DNA of 64,000 nucleotides from Octopus vulgaris (GCA_951406725.2 OX597818.1:20646001-20710000); one strand, 5' to 3'; shown: positions 42,110 through 55,350, numbered from the stretch's first letter. The notes: generated by a model from the sequence alone, not told the origin. Program-made: numbers and translations.

Positions 42110-42770
42110 CTTTTTAAAATCTGAATTCAAATCTCGTCGAAGTCAACTTTATTCCTATTATTCCTCCGGGGTCCATGAAATAAAATATTGGTCAAGAATT
42201 GGACTCGATGCTATCAACTAACAACCTCCCTTCGAAAGTGCTGGCCTTGTGAGTAAATTGGAAGCTATTGTTACTATTAAAAGCTGCAAACTAGCAGCCA
42301 AATTCCACCAAGGTCGATTTTGCCTTTTATCCTTTGGGGTCGATAAAATAAGTATCAGTTAAGTACTGGGTCGACTGACTCATATATGGTGCATTATTTG
42401 TGGATTATTGGTGGTGCGCCTACAACACGATACCTTAGAGAACTTGCCACCAAAATCGACAAGTCTCCTCCACCTGAAATTGTTGGGTTTGTGCCAAAAT
42501 TTGAAACAATTATTATTATGGAGGTGGCGAGCCGGCAGAGTCGTTAGCGCGTCGGACACAATGCTTAGCGGCATTTTCTACCTGTTCCTTAAGTTCCGTC
42601 TTGTAATACCGCCGAGTTATTTGCGTTTCATCCGTTCGGAGGCGATAAAATAAGTATTACTTGAGCACTGGTATCGATTGAATCGATTTACCATCTCCCC
42701 TAAAGTTGCTGGCCTTGTGTAAAAATCTGGAACCATTCAAGCTGTGAGCTGGCAGAATTGTTAACATGCT
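42110..42770 (+). mobile_element. Cluster of 3-4 family A SINE fragments
   Basis: Repeated family A body and tail segments at about 42115-42265, 42300-42375, 42450-42510 and 42520-42735. Confidence 0.7.
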
Positions 42771-43238
42771 TTCGCCTCACCCAGGATAGTTGACGCAAAG
42801 CTCAACAGCTGATGGCTGATGCATGATGGCTTGCAACAGCTGTACATATTTTTTTCTTGTGAGTCCTTTTTCTTGAATTTTCTGTATATGTTGCTTCTCT
42901 CACTAAAAAAAAAGGTAAAAACTGCGGATTATAGAGGCTTCGGATTTTGAGATTATTGGGGATTATTGGTCGCGCACCTACAAGCCAATACGTTGAAGAA
43001 CTTCTTACCAAAAGTTTTCGAAATATTAATACAAGCAGTATAATAATAGCAGAGTACAAAGTAGTATATAACAGTAAATAGGCTTAGCAGGAACATGTGC
43101 TGACTCGTCATTTCAGGTTAGTAAAGAAACAAATTCGAGCTGAGCAATCCAGTGCCCCTCCGATTCTAGAGGCTTTAGTTAATCTGAAGAAACTGAGCCA
43201 TGTTCAAAATTCTACTTTAATTACTTTGTTCACCCCCA

Positions 43239-43296
<58 letters not shown>

Positions 43297-43766
43297 CGAA
43301 GATTAATACTAAAAACAGTCCTTAATCCTTTTTGACAGTAAGGATTTGTTTTTTTAGTTGATGCATTAACAGGAGGCAGTATGTCTGATTTATGTTAGCA
43401 TTTCAGTCTCTGACTTGCACCATATCGCTTTCTAGTCACTGCATACACACTAACACACATGCCCTCTCTCTTCTTCTCTCTTTCTATATAATACTTTGGA
43501 AGAATATGAATAACTAACACTGACACGAGTTATCAAATTCAGACCAATAATACTTTGCAGTTTAGTCCTGTTATTTTTTCCCCTTCCTGCAGTCAAATTA
43601 CGAAACCTAAATTAGAACCGCCATTCCCAAGCCCTCATCCGCTGAAGAAATTCATCCCTTAACATTAAACTGTCTTGCCGAACCAATTTTTCACTTTTGT
43701 TAATTGAGCAGAGTGAGTGGGCGGATGAGTGGGTGTTATCGAGCATGAAGTATGCTTCTGTCGATG

Positions 43767-44065
43767 TGGAGGCACATGGCCTAGTGGTTAGAGCAGCAGA
43801 CTTGCGGTCGAGAGATCGCGGGTTCGAATCTCAGACCGGGCGATATGTGTGTTTATGAGCGATACACATAAGATCCACGCGGTTCCGGCAGAAGGTAATG
43901 GCGAACCTCTGCTGACTCTTTCGCCACAACTTTCTCTCACTCTTTCTTCCTGCATCTTGCAGCTCACCTGCGACGGGCCGGCGTCCCGTCCAGGTGAGGA
44001 ACGTATACGCCAAGGAAACCGGGAAACCGGCCCTTATGAGCCAGGCGTGGCTCGAGAAGGAACAA
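43767..44065 (+). mobile_element. tRNA-derived SINE family C with 12-bp TSD
   Basis: A box tggcctagtgg, B box ggttcgaatct, V-domain-like cctgcgacgggccggcgtcccgtccagg; perfect TSD cttctgtcgatg at 43755-43766 and 44066-44077. Confidence 0.9.
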
Positions 44066-44331
44066 CTTCTGTCGATGCGAGATTGCGAGTAAGTTTCAAT
44101 TCTCGACAAAAGCCGTTAAATCTTACTTACACTACTATGTCCATGGAAACGTACCAATGTGGACATGGAAGAGATTCTATCTTGACAGAGAATATACGAG
44201 GCCAGCAAAAAGAGTTACGGTATGGTATCCATAATTTTATCCTTTCGGCTACAGAGACCACATGTTTGTAGATTGCTCAGTTAAACCCAATAAAACGCAT
44301 AGACAGGACTCCTGTTACACGGAACTGAATA

Positions 44332-44843
44332 CCGTAAATCCTCGAGTATAGTCCGCCCTAGAGTATAATACTCAGGGGATTTTTAGGGAGCTGTACCTCT
44401 GAAAAACCTAAACCTTGTGTATAATACGCATCCCTTCTCTAACTTGAGTCAAGGAGGTCTATATAACGTCCTTGGTTTGTAAAAATGTATACGGTAACGT
44501 CCTTTATTATTATTGCATATATAACATAATGCAAACGTGTAGCTTTTTTGTGCATTTTGTTTGCAGTAATTGCAGAAAATAAAGAAATAACGTTTAATAA
44601 ATGTTGCTTACTGCAAGTTATGGATGATTCTTTTATGACTTCATTGCTTTCAGGCTTAGCTTAAGGTATTTTCACTCCCGACATCACAAAATGCGTCTGG
44701 ATAAAAATTGCTGGACAGCAAATAGAGACTCGGACATTGCTCAGAAAATAATTATCATTTTTAACCTCGTATATAGTATGCACTAGGGATTTTGACCTTT
44801 AAATTTTGGGGGGAAAATGCGGATTATACTCGAGGATTTACGG
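44332..44843. mobile_element. Tc1/mariner-superfamily (Tc2/pogo-like) MITE
   Basis: Perfect TIRs ccgtaaatcctcgagtata / tatactcgaggatttacgg with TA TSD. Confidence 0.9.
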
Positions 44844-44967
44844 TATATCGTTCCAGTACTAGTGGTTATCAACAGCAGCAGAAGCAAGTTCACAAAACAG
44901 ATCCTGTTGATGGTGAAGCCTATGCATATCCGTTGAAACCAGTAAAATATTAAAACAGTTAGAGAGA

Positions 44968-45002
<35 letters not shown>

Positions 45003-45874
45003 GGTCTTCAACAGGCTGATTTGACTGAGATATATGTTTTCAAGCGTTCAATGGTACATTTAAAGTGCGAATAAATTAATTTATTATTTATTTATTATAC
45101 ACAAAAATAGTTTTTTTTTATATGAGACGATCGCCGTTATATGAATGTCTAATGATGAAATGAATATATTCATTGAAGTCAACAAGTGTGGAGAAACTGA
45201 AAAACACTAAAAACTGTTCAAAGTGGAGCAAATTGGTTTACATTGAGGAAAAGGAAAATGTATTGGAAAGAAGCCTTCATCTGAGACTATTTGTAATCAA
45301 TATTGCCAAAGTAGACGATCACTAATTCTTGTTTAAGAACTATATATATATATATATATAATTAAATGAGGCGTCTAGTTAGCAGAGTTTCACCAGAAAA
45401 AACAACAAATATCATTAAATATGACTGGGTGTTAGAACAACTACACTATAAATAAGATCTAAAGGGCGCTGTTTCTGCGGTCAACGCATATATAATTCTG
45501 TACATGCATGCTGGCAGCGACCGTAGATGGCCGGAAATTGATGGCTATGATATCCCTTGGCTGTACGGTTTTAGCTTTAGGCCGAAGCATCGTCAGAAGG
45601 GTCGGCACATGTTTGCCAGTTCCTGGACAGCCGCGTTACGTGCACATACGTTTACTCCATAAAAATTTATTGATAATTTAGCGAATCGTTAATGTTTATA
45701 CAAATAATTAAATAAGGCAGTTAGCAGAGTTTCCAGAAAGGAAAACAATAAATGTCATTAAATGTATGTATGTATGTATGTATGTATGTATGTATGTATG
45801 TATGTATGTATGTATGTATGTATGTATGTATGTCTGCATGTATGTATGTATGCATGTATGTATGTATGCATGTA

Positions 45875-46277
45875 TATTTTACTTGCTTCAGGCGTTTGAC
45901 TGTGGCCATGCTGGAGCACCGCCTTTAGTCGAGCAAATCGAACCCAGGACTTATCCTTTGTAAGCCTAGTATTTATTCTATCGGGGTCTTTTGCCGAACC
46001 GCTAAGTTAAGAGGACGTAAACACACCACCATCGGTTGTCAAGCGATGTGGAGGGTCAAACACAAACACATAAATACACACACATACATACATGTATATA
46101 TATACATATATACGACGGGCTTCTTTCAGTTTCCGCCTACCAAATCCATTCACAAGGCTTTGGTCGGCCCAAGGCTATAGTAGAAGACACTTGTCTAAGG
46201 TGCCACGCAATAGGAATGAACTCGGAACCATGTGGTTAGTAAGCAAGCTACTTACCACACAGCCACTCCTGCGCCTA
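45875..46277 (-). mobile_element. SINE family B, full length
   Basis: Reverse complement of family B. Confidence 0.9.
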
Positions 46278-46646
46278 TTTATATATATATATACACTAAA
46301 ACACACACACATATATAAAATATATGAAAGACAGGTGGTATAAGATGAATAAATTTATTCCATCATCAGACATCCATATAACGACGATCTTTTCAAATAA
46401 GAACAATTTATTTTAGTGTATAATAAATAAATTAATCAAATTACATGCCTGTATCAATGTATATAACATAAATTATGTAGTACCGTTGTATAATTTATAA
46501 ATTAATACAGGTAAAAAAAAAGTTTGCTCATCAGCTCAAAGAATATCATAGTTACTTCCCTTTACATCAACACAACACATATATGAAGAGAATAAACATG
46601 AAATGAATAAAACAGGAAGAAGTAAAGTTTGTAAAAAAAAATGGTA

Positions 46647-47050
46647 TCTTACTATAATGGACATTATGTCTGTCTGTCTGCCTGTGCCCTCTTCACAGTC
46701 AAACGGATGGACCAATGGTCACGATGTTTTTCGGGATTACGAAGGAGGTAATCAGGAAGGTTTTTTAGTGAAAACATGTGTAAAAAAAATATGATTATCT
46801 AGTGGATATTGAGGGCAATTGTTCAGTTTATGGGCGTAAAAAAATGTAAAAGAAAATTAAGGGGGAGATAACTAATAAAAAAAGCAAAGGGAGGTAAATC
46901 AAATTCTTACTATAATGGGCGTTATGTCCGTCTGTCTATTCCCTTTTCACTGTCAAACGACTGGGCCAATAGTCACGATGTTTTCCGGGATTACGAAGGA
47001 AGTAATCAGGAAAAAGTGTGAAAAAGTATGATTACTTAGTGGATATTGAG
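46647..47050 (+). mobile_element. Tandemly duplicated Helitron-like 5' end
   Basis: Two copies of about 150 bp (46647-46812, 46905-47050) starting TCttactataatgg followed by (gtct)n. Confidence 0.55.
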
Positions 47051-47819
47051 TTTTGTATTAATAAATCACCTTTGATTTTTTTTTTTTTTGTTGTTAAAAT
47101 TCCGGTCACGATGATTCACTCAAGATACCCCCCTCCCACCGTATAGTTCGTGAATTTGCGATACTATCCCCTTATTTCCCATCATAGATGGGCAGATTCC
47201 TAAAGATTCCGCTCGCGTATTCACAGCAAATGAAGCACAGGGCCAGACTTTAAATCGTGTAGGTGTATTTTTACCCACTCCGATGTTTACACACGGCCAG
47301 TTATACGTCGCTATGAGTAGGGCTACGAACTCCAATAATTTGAAAATTTGTGTCGACCAAACAGAAAATATCGTCTACAAAGAAGTTTTGTAATCATTTT
47401 GATGTTATCGAAAGGAATATGATTCATAATTTAAATATGGAAAGTTATGAACTTTGAATAAACAAGCGTAAAATAGTGTAAACAACTAAAATAAAAGTAT
47501 ATCTAAATAACATTTTTTACTTAATACTTTTTATGTAGTGGTCGAAGGAAGCTCTGGCTTTCGTTAGGAGTGGTCCACATAACCATTCATGATACAGAGG
47601 ATGGGAGCCTATTTCAGTTCGGGAGTGAATCAACATTACATGTCACTTAGTCGAAAACACATGTCATATAGCTGGAATAGAATGTTGTGTCACCAACAAT
47701 AAGACAAAGTTTATTTTAGGTATTTTTCGTAGTATTTTACATATATTTCGTGAAGATTTTCTGTGTTTATATATATATATTTTCCTATTTCGTGAAGTTT
47801 TTCTTTGTTTGTTTACTTT

Positions 47820-48036
47820 TTGCTTTACTCTTTTACTCTTTTACTTGTTTCAGTTAGTTCACTGCGGCCATGCTGGAGCACCGCCTTTAGTCGAGCAAAT
47901 CGACCCCAGAACTTATTTTTTGTAAGCCTGGTACTTATTCTATCGGGGTCTTTTGCCAAACCGCTAAGTTACGGGGACGTAAACGCACCAGCATCGGTTG
48001 TCAAGCGATGTTGGGGGGACAAACACAGACACACAA

Positions 48037-48067
<31 letters not shown>

Positions 48068-48240
48068 TATACATATATACGATGGGCTTCTTTCAGTTTC
48101 CGTCTACCAAATCCACTCACAAGGCTTTGGTCGGCCCGAGGCTATCGTAGAAGACACTTGCCCAAGGTGCCACACAGTAGGACTGAACCCGGGACCATTT
48201 GGTTGGTAAGCAAGCTACTTACCACACAGCCACTCCTGCG
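47820..48240 (-). mobile_element. SINE family B, full length
   Basis: Reverse complement of family B. Confidence 0.9.
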
Positions 48241-48279
48241 TTTGTTGATAAAAGCCTAGAATGGCCGCATCCAAATAAC

Positions 48280-48480
48280 TTAACTGTACCAGTCTGAAGG
48301 AGATATTGAAAACAGAGGTGAATGCTGCATATTATTTCAAGGAAAAGGGTGTCATCCCTTAAAAAAAAGTGTAGTAAATCTAGGCACAATATGACTAAGA
48401 AAGTGGTTTGTGGAAATTTGTACTGGCGGTGCACTCGTAATGGATGTAAGTAAGGACAGGAAAAAAACCTCGGATTTTTC
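48280..48480 (+). pseudogene. Decayed Merlin/ISXO2-like transposase N-terminal zinc-ribbon fragment
   Basis: LKEILKTEVNAAYYFKEKGVIP* then frameshift to KCSKSRHNMTKKVVCGNLYWRCTRNGCK*, matching the WRCxxxxC pattern of Merlin transposases. Confidence 0.5.
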
Positions 48481-50040
48481 GTGTGCATTCAACATATCTG
48501 ACAGCCAAACTCGTCGCAAGCCACTTTTTTTCGGTAAAGAAAGGGTGGAGGGTGATGGGGGACCTCGAAGTTTCCCGGAACCCAGAAAAAGAAAGATTTG
48601 GCTAGTGTTTCTAACACGCCCTGCTACCACGTAACAGCTATTTGCGATAAAGGACCCGCCGTTGTCGCAAATAGCTGCTAATGCAGGTGCAGTTGTAAAA
48701 ATTTACCCAAACACAATACAGACAAATACATTAATATAACAAAAAAATAAATAAGATAAAACACAACTTTATAAGGTATTTATCTTTATTTAGAAACCTA
48801 CAATGAACAGGTCACGCAGGGTACAACCTTAAAATTGACACCGTTCGCTACAACTTTTTCGTCAATAGATTCTTTGGTTCAAATAAATAAGAAATGAATG
48901 TTTAATGTTTCAAATTTTTTACTGATTTTATGACTCAAACTACATCTAAGCACAGTGAATACCATCCTCCACAATTTGCTACTCATCTGAAGTACGTAGG
49001 TATTTCAACAATTTCTATCAAATACACTCTCTTTCGTGAGCATAAAAAAATTCTCTTCTAAGGTGACAATGACTTACATGTCAGATTGTTGCACAAGTTC
49101 TAGCCGTTTTGATAAGGGAAATCGGAAAGGTTTGAAATGATTTCATCGGCATTTACTTGTACCAAAGAGCGCTCTTTCGATAGACAACATGTTGGCCTCA
49201 TTAGTGTCGCGTGGTGGAAATAAACGCAATTACCAAACTTTCATTCATAACATCATATATTATTTCGGATAGATAGATAGATAGATAGATAGACGCATAT
49301 ATTCATACATGCATACGCACATGCATACATATACACATGCATACACACACACATACATACACACACACACACAACTTAGGTAAAGCTATCACTGTAAACA
49401 CATCAACGCTATCACACAATTGTTGGATAAGAGAAAAGGAAGCGAGTTAGAGAGAAAGTGAAAGAAAGATGAAGAAAACCAAATGGGGGGGGGGAGATAG
49501 AGAGAGAAAGAGAGCGAGAGGGGACAGTGAAGTTAATAACAAGCGCTATATAATTTGATGATTCAGTTATCCAGACAAAAATAGCGCCATATATTAGTTT
49601 TCATATCCTTTCGTTTGTTTGTCTTAGATGTATGCGCGCACCACGCACACACGCACATACATATATACATTTACATACACACACATATATATATATGTGT
49701 GTGTGTGTATGTGTGGGCGGGGAATATAATGCATGTATATATGTAACATAAACATGCAAATCTATTCCTCTGCAGCTCAGAAAGAGATACTGCAATATGT
49801 ATAAGGGAATGCATGTAATAACTCATTTTCATAAATATTTATAAATCATACGTGGCTATATAATGTCTTTGTGTGTGCATATGTATGGTTATATGTTGTA
49901 TGTATGTGTATGTATGTATGGATGCATGCATGAATGTATGTCTGTATATGTATGAGATCGTAGGTGGGTATATTCTATATCGTATGATAATGAGCGAAAG
50001 GGCAAAATATAGATAGATATATAAATGAAAAACAGAAATA

Positions 50041-50856
50041 CGAGAGGGTACCCAAAAGAAACCGGAATTTTGCAATATCATTTTATTCACTTAGTTTTAC
50101 ATGTTTACACTTTTTATCGCTTTCAAAGTATTCTCCGTTTGAAGTAATGCATCGGTCCAGCGTTTTCCACTATTCGAAGCAGTGTTGGAACTCTTGCAAA
50201 GATGCCTTCGTCGTTTTTGGTTTTTTCTTTCTTCACCTCTTTTACATCTGCACAACGTGTTTTTTAAAGGACTTTTTCATTCAGGAGGAGAACAAAAAAC
50301 AGTTGCAGGGAGTAAGATCAACTTCCAACTGTTCTTTTTGTTCAGTCGTGACTGCTTCTGATCTTCCGGGAGCAAACGAGGCACAGATTTTGCTGCAGCC
50401 CTTTTCATTTCCAATTCCTCACTCATTCATTGGCAAGATCGTTTATGAATTTTCATGATATTTTCATTCGTTTTTTTAGTGGGGGGAGAGTCGCCCTGAA
50501 CGAGCTTGGTCTTCAAGCGATAAGTGACCATTCTTAATGTGTGGAAACTACTCGTAAACTTGTGTTTTTTTTTTTCATGGCAGCGTACTTGTAAGTTGTT
50601 TGAAGCATGACAACTGTTTCGGCTTGCCGTTTTCCGCATCAGAAAACAGAATTTCACGGAAGCACGCTGTTCCTTCGTTTCAATCATCGCAAAAATCGAC
50701 AAACAAGGGAGAAGCACTACAAAACAAACAACGCACTGCATGGCTGTACAATTTATGCCTGAGGGTTGCATCAAGTGACTTCTAGTGGCAGAAGCCTGAA
50801 CTACAATGGGCTTGTCCCACAACGAACGTTTCCGGTTACTTTTGGGTACCCCCTCT
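50041..50856 (-). mobile_element. Internally deleted mariner transposon with transposase remnants
   Basis: TA-flanked TIRs cgagagggtacccaaaagaaccggaa / ttccggttacttttgggtaccccctct; minus strand MIETKEQRASVKFCFLMRKTA (N-terminus) and EFQHCFE*WKTLDRCITSNGEYFE (C-terminus). Confidence 0.9.
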
Positions 50857-51072
50857 TATACACCCAAATAAACACTAGAAAAAATATATTGAGGGAGAGA
50901 GAAAGAGAGATATGCAATATCGTCTTATTCCATTTTTGTGTGATACTTCTACCCATCAAACACCTGAATTCATTTCCTACATATTTTTATGAATTTTTTC
51001 GTGGGTAATGCTTTTCTGTGAGTATATGTAAATGTAAATGCTTTCGAAAATAAAATTGCACTTCATATTCGA

Positions 51073-51153
51073 GGCTCCGATGAAGCTATAGGGTGATACA
51101 CAAGCATTCAACTATGAGTGCATTGCATCTTACAGCAGAAACGGCTGTAAGCT
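51073..51153 (+). ncRNA. Type-I hammerhead-ribozyme-like motif with long helix II
   Basis: ggct-CCGATGA-A-[gctatagggtg...gcattca(acta)tgagtgc...catcttacagc]-A-GAAA-c(ggct)g-TA-agct; helix I ggct/agct, GUA triplet, U4C core. Confidence 0.55.
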
Positions 51154-51287
51154 GATGAAGTTCATGATATAATTTCTTTTCCTTCGTCATTTTTGTACAC
51201 GACTGATAAACTTGTTCTGAAGAATATGTATATTAGTTTCTATCACCAGTTTATTAGTATCGCTATACTTAAGCGAAAGAAAAATAA

Positions 51288-51610
51288 TGAAGGTGCGTGG
51301 ATTAGTGGTTAGATTATTCGGCTCACAATCGTAAGGTCGTGAGTTCAATTCCCGGAGACGCGTTGTGTCCTTGATCATGAACTTTATTTCACATTACTCC
51401 AGTTCACTCAGCTGACAAAAATGAGTAGTACCTATTTTCCAAAGGGCCAACCTTGTCACACTCTGTGTCACGCCGAATCTCCCCGAGAACTTCGTTAAGG
51501 AGACCCATGTCTGTAGAGTGCTCAGCCACGTGCACGTTAATTTCACGAGTAGGCTGTTCCGTTCATCGGATCAACTAGAACGCTCGTCGTCGTAACCGAC
51601 GGAGTGCCAC
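51288..51610 (+). mobile_element. tRNA-derived CORE-type SINE family D, full length
   Basis: A box tggattagtgg, B box gagttcaattccc, CORE-like gtgtccttgatcatgaactttatttcacattactccagttcactcagctgacaaaaatgag; similar in design to octopus OR-type SINEs. Confidence 0.85.
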
Positions 51611-51664
51611 TTAATAGCTATATATGTATGCGTGTGCGTGAGTGTATGTGTGTTTATGTATATG

Positions 51665-51796
<132 letters not shown>

Positions 51797-52383
51797 TATA
51801 TGAGGTTTTGTAGCTTAGTTTTGATATGCAGTCCTGCATGAATATATACATGCACATGCAGATGTATGTAACTATATATGTACATATACACTATCAGTTA
51901 TAGAAAAGTGTTTATGTACATCTCTGTATGCCTACACATATACACGCACGTACACACACACACACAAAGACACATACACAGATACACATTCGTACCTGCC
52001 TATGTACGCGTATATGTAAGATAGGTAGGCAAGCATTTAGTTAGATAAATAGGCAGCTAGATAGCTATGCATGTATGATTATAACTTCACCTTATCTCCT
52101 GCCCCAATACGACTGCCGTTTAGTCCAAGTCCAAGTATTTTGATTACGTACAGATGTATGACGTGTGTATTAATTGCCAAAAGAATTCTTTGTTTAGATA
52201 ATTCCATCCTCATCTATTTTCTGTGTTTGATATATGTAGCCTGACAAACTGACAGTAGCGACCTTGTAATATTAGTGTACTTTGTGTTAGCGGGCCAGCT
52301 TTTAGTAATGACAAATGCGTTTCTAGAAATATGAAGATATATGTGAAGATATATGAATGTGTGTGTGTGCGTGTATGTGTGTG

Positions 52384-52420
<37 letters not shown>

Positions 52421-53794
52421 CATAGATATACTATACAAGCATACGTATATAGTTATACATATAACCATCCTCATACACACACAAATACGTACTTAAGACA
52501 AATGTATGCGTTCGTACATTTATATGTGTGTGTGTGTGTGTGTGAATGTATGTATGTAAGTATATACACGCATACAAATACACACATCGCATATAAACAC
52601 AAATATCATGTTGTATTCATAGCTGACAATGAGTTTATTTTCTTTATGATTATGTGTGCTGTATGTGTTTGTGTGTATGTAGGTGTATCTGTTTCTGTGT
52701 ATGTATATGTGTATGTGTGTGTGCGTGTGGTTATAGAGTGCTTAGACAAATATACATCCATTATCATTTTAAGTAATATCAGCAGCTTCTTCATCGCCTT
52801 GTTGTTGTTGTTATTATTATTAATGTTGTTGCTGTTTGGATTCACAGAATCTTAGAACGTCAAACAAAATCCTCGTGGTATTAAGTTGCGTTCCTTTACA
52901 TTTTGATCTCGAAACCCGTTGCTTTTCATCCTCCTGGGGTCTATAAAATATAGTACCAGTCAAGAACTTTGAGGGAGCTGCCGGGTTTGACGATATCAAG
53001 TAACCCCACCCATTTTCCCCACAATTGCTGTCTTTGTGTTTAAAGCAGAAACCACCACCACCACCATCATCATCATCATCGTCATCATTAGCAGACGCCG
53101 CAGTCGCCTTCTGTCATTATATTTGTAGCCGGATGAGGACGTTTGGTCCTGGAGAGCACCCTTCCACAAATTGTTTCACTTCCCTACGATATAATATTCT
53201 GCAGCATCTGTTTATATATTTCCTCGAAGTATGATTTGCATTTAATTACTTTGCTCCCTCGTTGTTGAGACCCCGTTAACCCTATACCAAAGTACCAGAT
53301 CGCTATTGGCTGGAGCCATCTGAGGGCTTCTTGAATCCCTGCGCAGTCTCTCCAGCTACTAGAAATAATAATCAGATCGCCTTCAAATCATAGTTTGCTC
53401 TTTTAATATGTGGGAGGACATATTAGATCACGTAAAAATAAACATCAAAACACATGAGGTAATTATACCTGGAATACCTTTGGTCATAGATCTTGTCGAC
53501 CAGGTCTGACTGCTGGCGAAACGGCAATATCACTACCAATTTAACCTTATTATTGTATTCTCTTTATCTTTTCATACATATATGGTAGCTATTTATCATT
53601 TTCCCCTTTTTTTTCTGTTACTTGTTTCAGTAATTTTAGTGCGGCCATGATGGAGCAACGCCTTAAAGAGTTTTTGCTTTAGTCGACGAAATGGACCCCA
53701 GGACTTATTCTTTATAAGCCTAGTTCTTATTCTGTTAGTCTCGTTTGTCAACTGCTAAGTTACGGGAACGTAAACACACCTAGTTTAGGAATGA

Positions 53795-54495
53795 AGATGT
53801 GTTTTAGGGACCGGGTAGGAATGCAGTTCTCTGATGATTTAAGAAGAGAGAAAGCGGTAGAATAGTTTGTGGATGTATTGAAGGGTATCCATGCAGGGAT
53901 ATGGGCGTAGAGCTGCAGGCTTCTTCTTCTTCTTCTTCTTCTTCTTCTTCTTCTTCTTCTTCTTCTTCTTTTTCTTCTTCTTCTTCTTCTTATCCTTCTT
54001 CCCCTTCTCCTTCTTCTTTTTCTTCTTCTTCTTCTTCTTCTTCTTTTTCTTCTTCTTCTTCTTATCCTTCTTCCCCTTCTCCTTCTTCTTTTTCTTCTTC
54101 TTCTTCTTCCCCTTCTCCTTCTTCTTCTTCTTCTTCTTCTTCTTCTTCTTCTTCTTCTTTTTCTTCTTCTTCTTCTTATCCTTCTTCCCCTTCTCCTTCT
54201 TCTTTTTCTTCTTCTTCTTCTTCTTCTTCTTCTTCTTCTTCTTCTTTTTCTTCTTCTTCTTCTTATCCTTCTTCCCCTTCTCCTTCTTCTTCTTCTTCTT
54301 CTTCTTCTTCTTCTTCTTCTTCTTCTTCTTCTTCTTCTTCTTCTTCTTCTTCTTCTTTTCCTCGGACAAGGAAGAGAAATTTGTATACTCTGGTTAATAA
54401 GTTCTATCTTATGTAGTATGGAATGTTCCTAGTTTTCAGTTTCCAGATGTAGCGGGAGTGCGCCGAATCATATTTTCCAATAAGGTTTCAAACGT
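53795..54495 (-). mobile_element. Penelope-like element GIY-YIG fragment interrupted by a (GAA)n tract
   Basis: Minus strand GKYDSAHSRYIWKLKTRNIPYYIR*NLL resembles the PLE endonuclease motif T.LS.YIW.LK..NIPY.IKW.IL; second copy at 57604-58040. Confidence 0.6.
53921..54358. repeat. (TTC)n microsatellite with higher-order variant units
   Basis: Recurrent interruption ttatccttcttccccttctcc. Confidence 0.95.
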
Positions 54496-55150
54496 TGGAA
54501 GATACTATGATGACTTCTCTGAGAGAGGAAAGGTGGGTCAACTCAAGAATTGGGAGTGAAATTGAGTTGACGGAAACTGTAAGGAAACCTGTGTGGTGGA
54601 CTGAACTTGTAATGCAAAGGACCGACATCGCCATCATCATCATTAGCATCATCATCATTAGCATCATCATCATCACCATGATTATTATTATTTTTCATGT
54701 GTATTACATGAGTTAACCTAAGTTAAATGATGGTGGTACGTGTCATAGCATGCTGATCCTTACCACAGATTCACATCATAATATATGTTAATTCCCATCG
54801 TAGTATACGTTGATTCAGGTCAGAACATGTTACTCTATAAACATATGTTGATCAACAAGTTAACATATGCTAAGATTGCTTTATAGCATGTTGATCTACA
54901 TCTCCGTTGTAGCATTTGTTGATTCATGTTATAATATCTTCTGATCCACGTCATAAAATCAGTTGATGAAGATTTATAATAGAGTCAAAGAAAAAATTTG
55001 GTTAATTTATATTCCCTATTTTAAAATAAGCTGGAAAGACAGGATAACAAACACTGAAGTACTAGAAAACTGAAAGTTCAAAGACTCCTGTTGCCGAGAA
55101 TCGATTCCATAAAGCTATCATACTTTGAACATAGAATGCGCCACGAATCA

Positions 55151-55350
55151 TTGCCCAAGATCAACCTAACGGTAAGTGTGAAGGGGTCGAGAACAGGAGG
55201 TTGTCAGAGACGTTTGTGAACTGGCTATATCAAGGAATGGGTTGGAAACAAGAACCTGAGTGACTGTATGCACGCGGCACAGCACAGAGGGAATTGGAGA
55301 GTCGTGGCAAGCCGAACCCTGGATACCGGGGGTACATCTGGCTGATGATG
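55151..55350 (+). mobile_element. RTE-type LINE 3' fragment
   Basis: VKGSRTGGCQRRL*TGYIKEWVGNKNLSDCMHAAQHRGNWRVV resembles the RTE C-terminal G.R.RGRP...W...IKEW...A.DR..WR motif. Confidence 0.6.

Noticed and set aside
43849-44271. 140-aa non-repetitive-looking ORF
   Set aside because: Mostly reads through SINE C and across its TSD
45152-45180. TGATGA-aatgaatatattcatt-GAAG hammerhead-like word pattern
   Set aside because: Core mismatches on both sides and no helix I or III; an AT-rich palindrome is expected by chance
50427-50822. Intact mariner transposase gene
   Set aside because: Frameshifts, stops and a large internal deletion removing the catalytic domain
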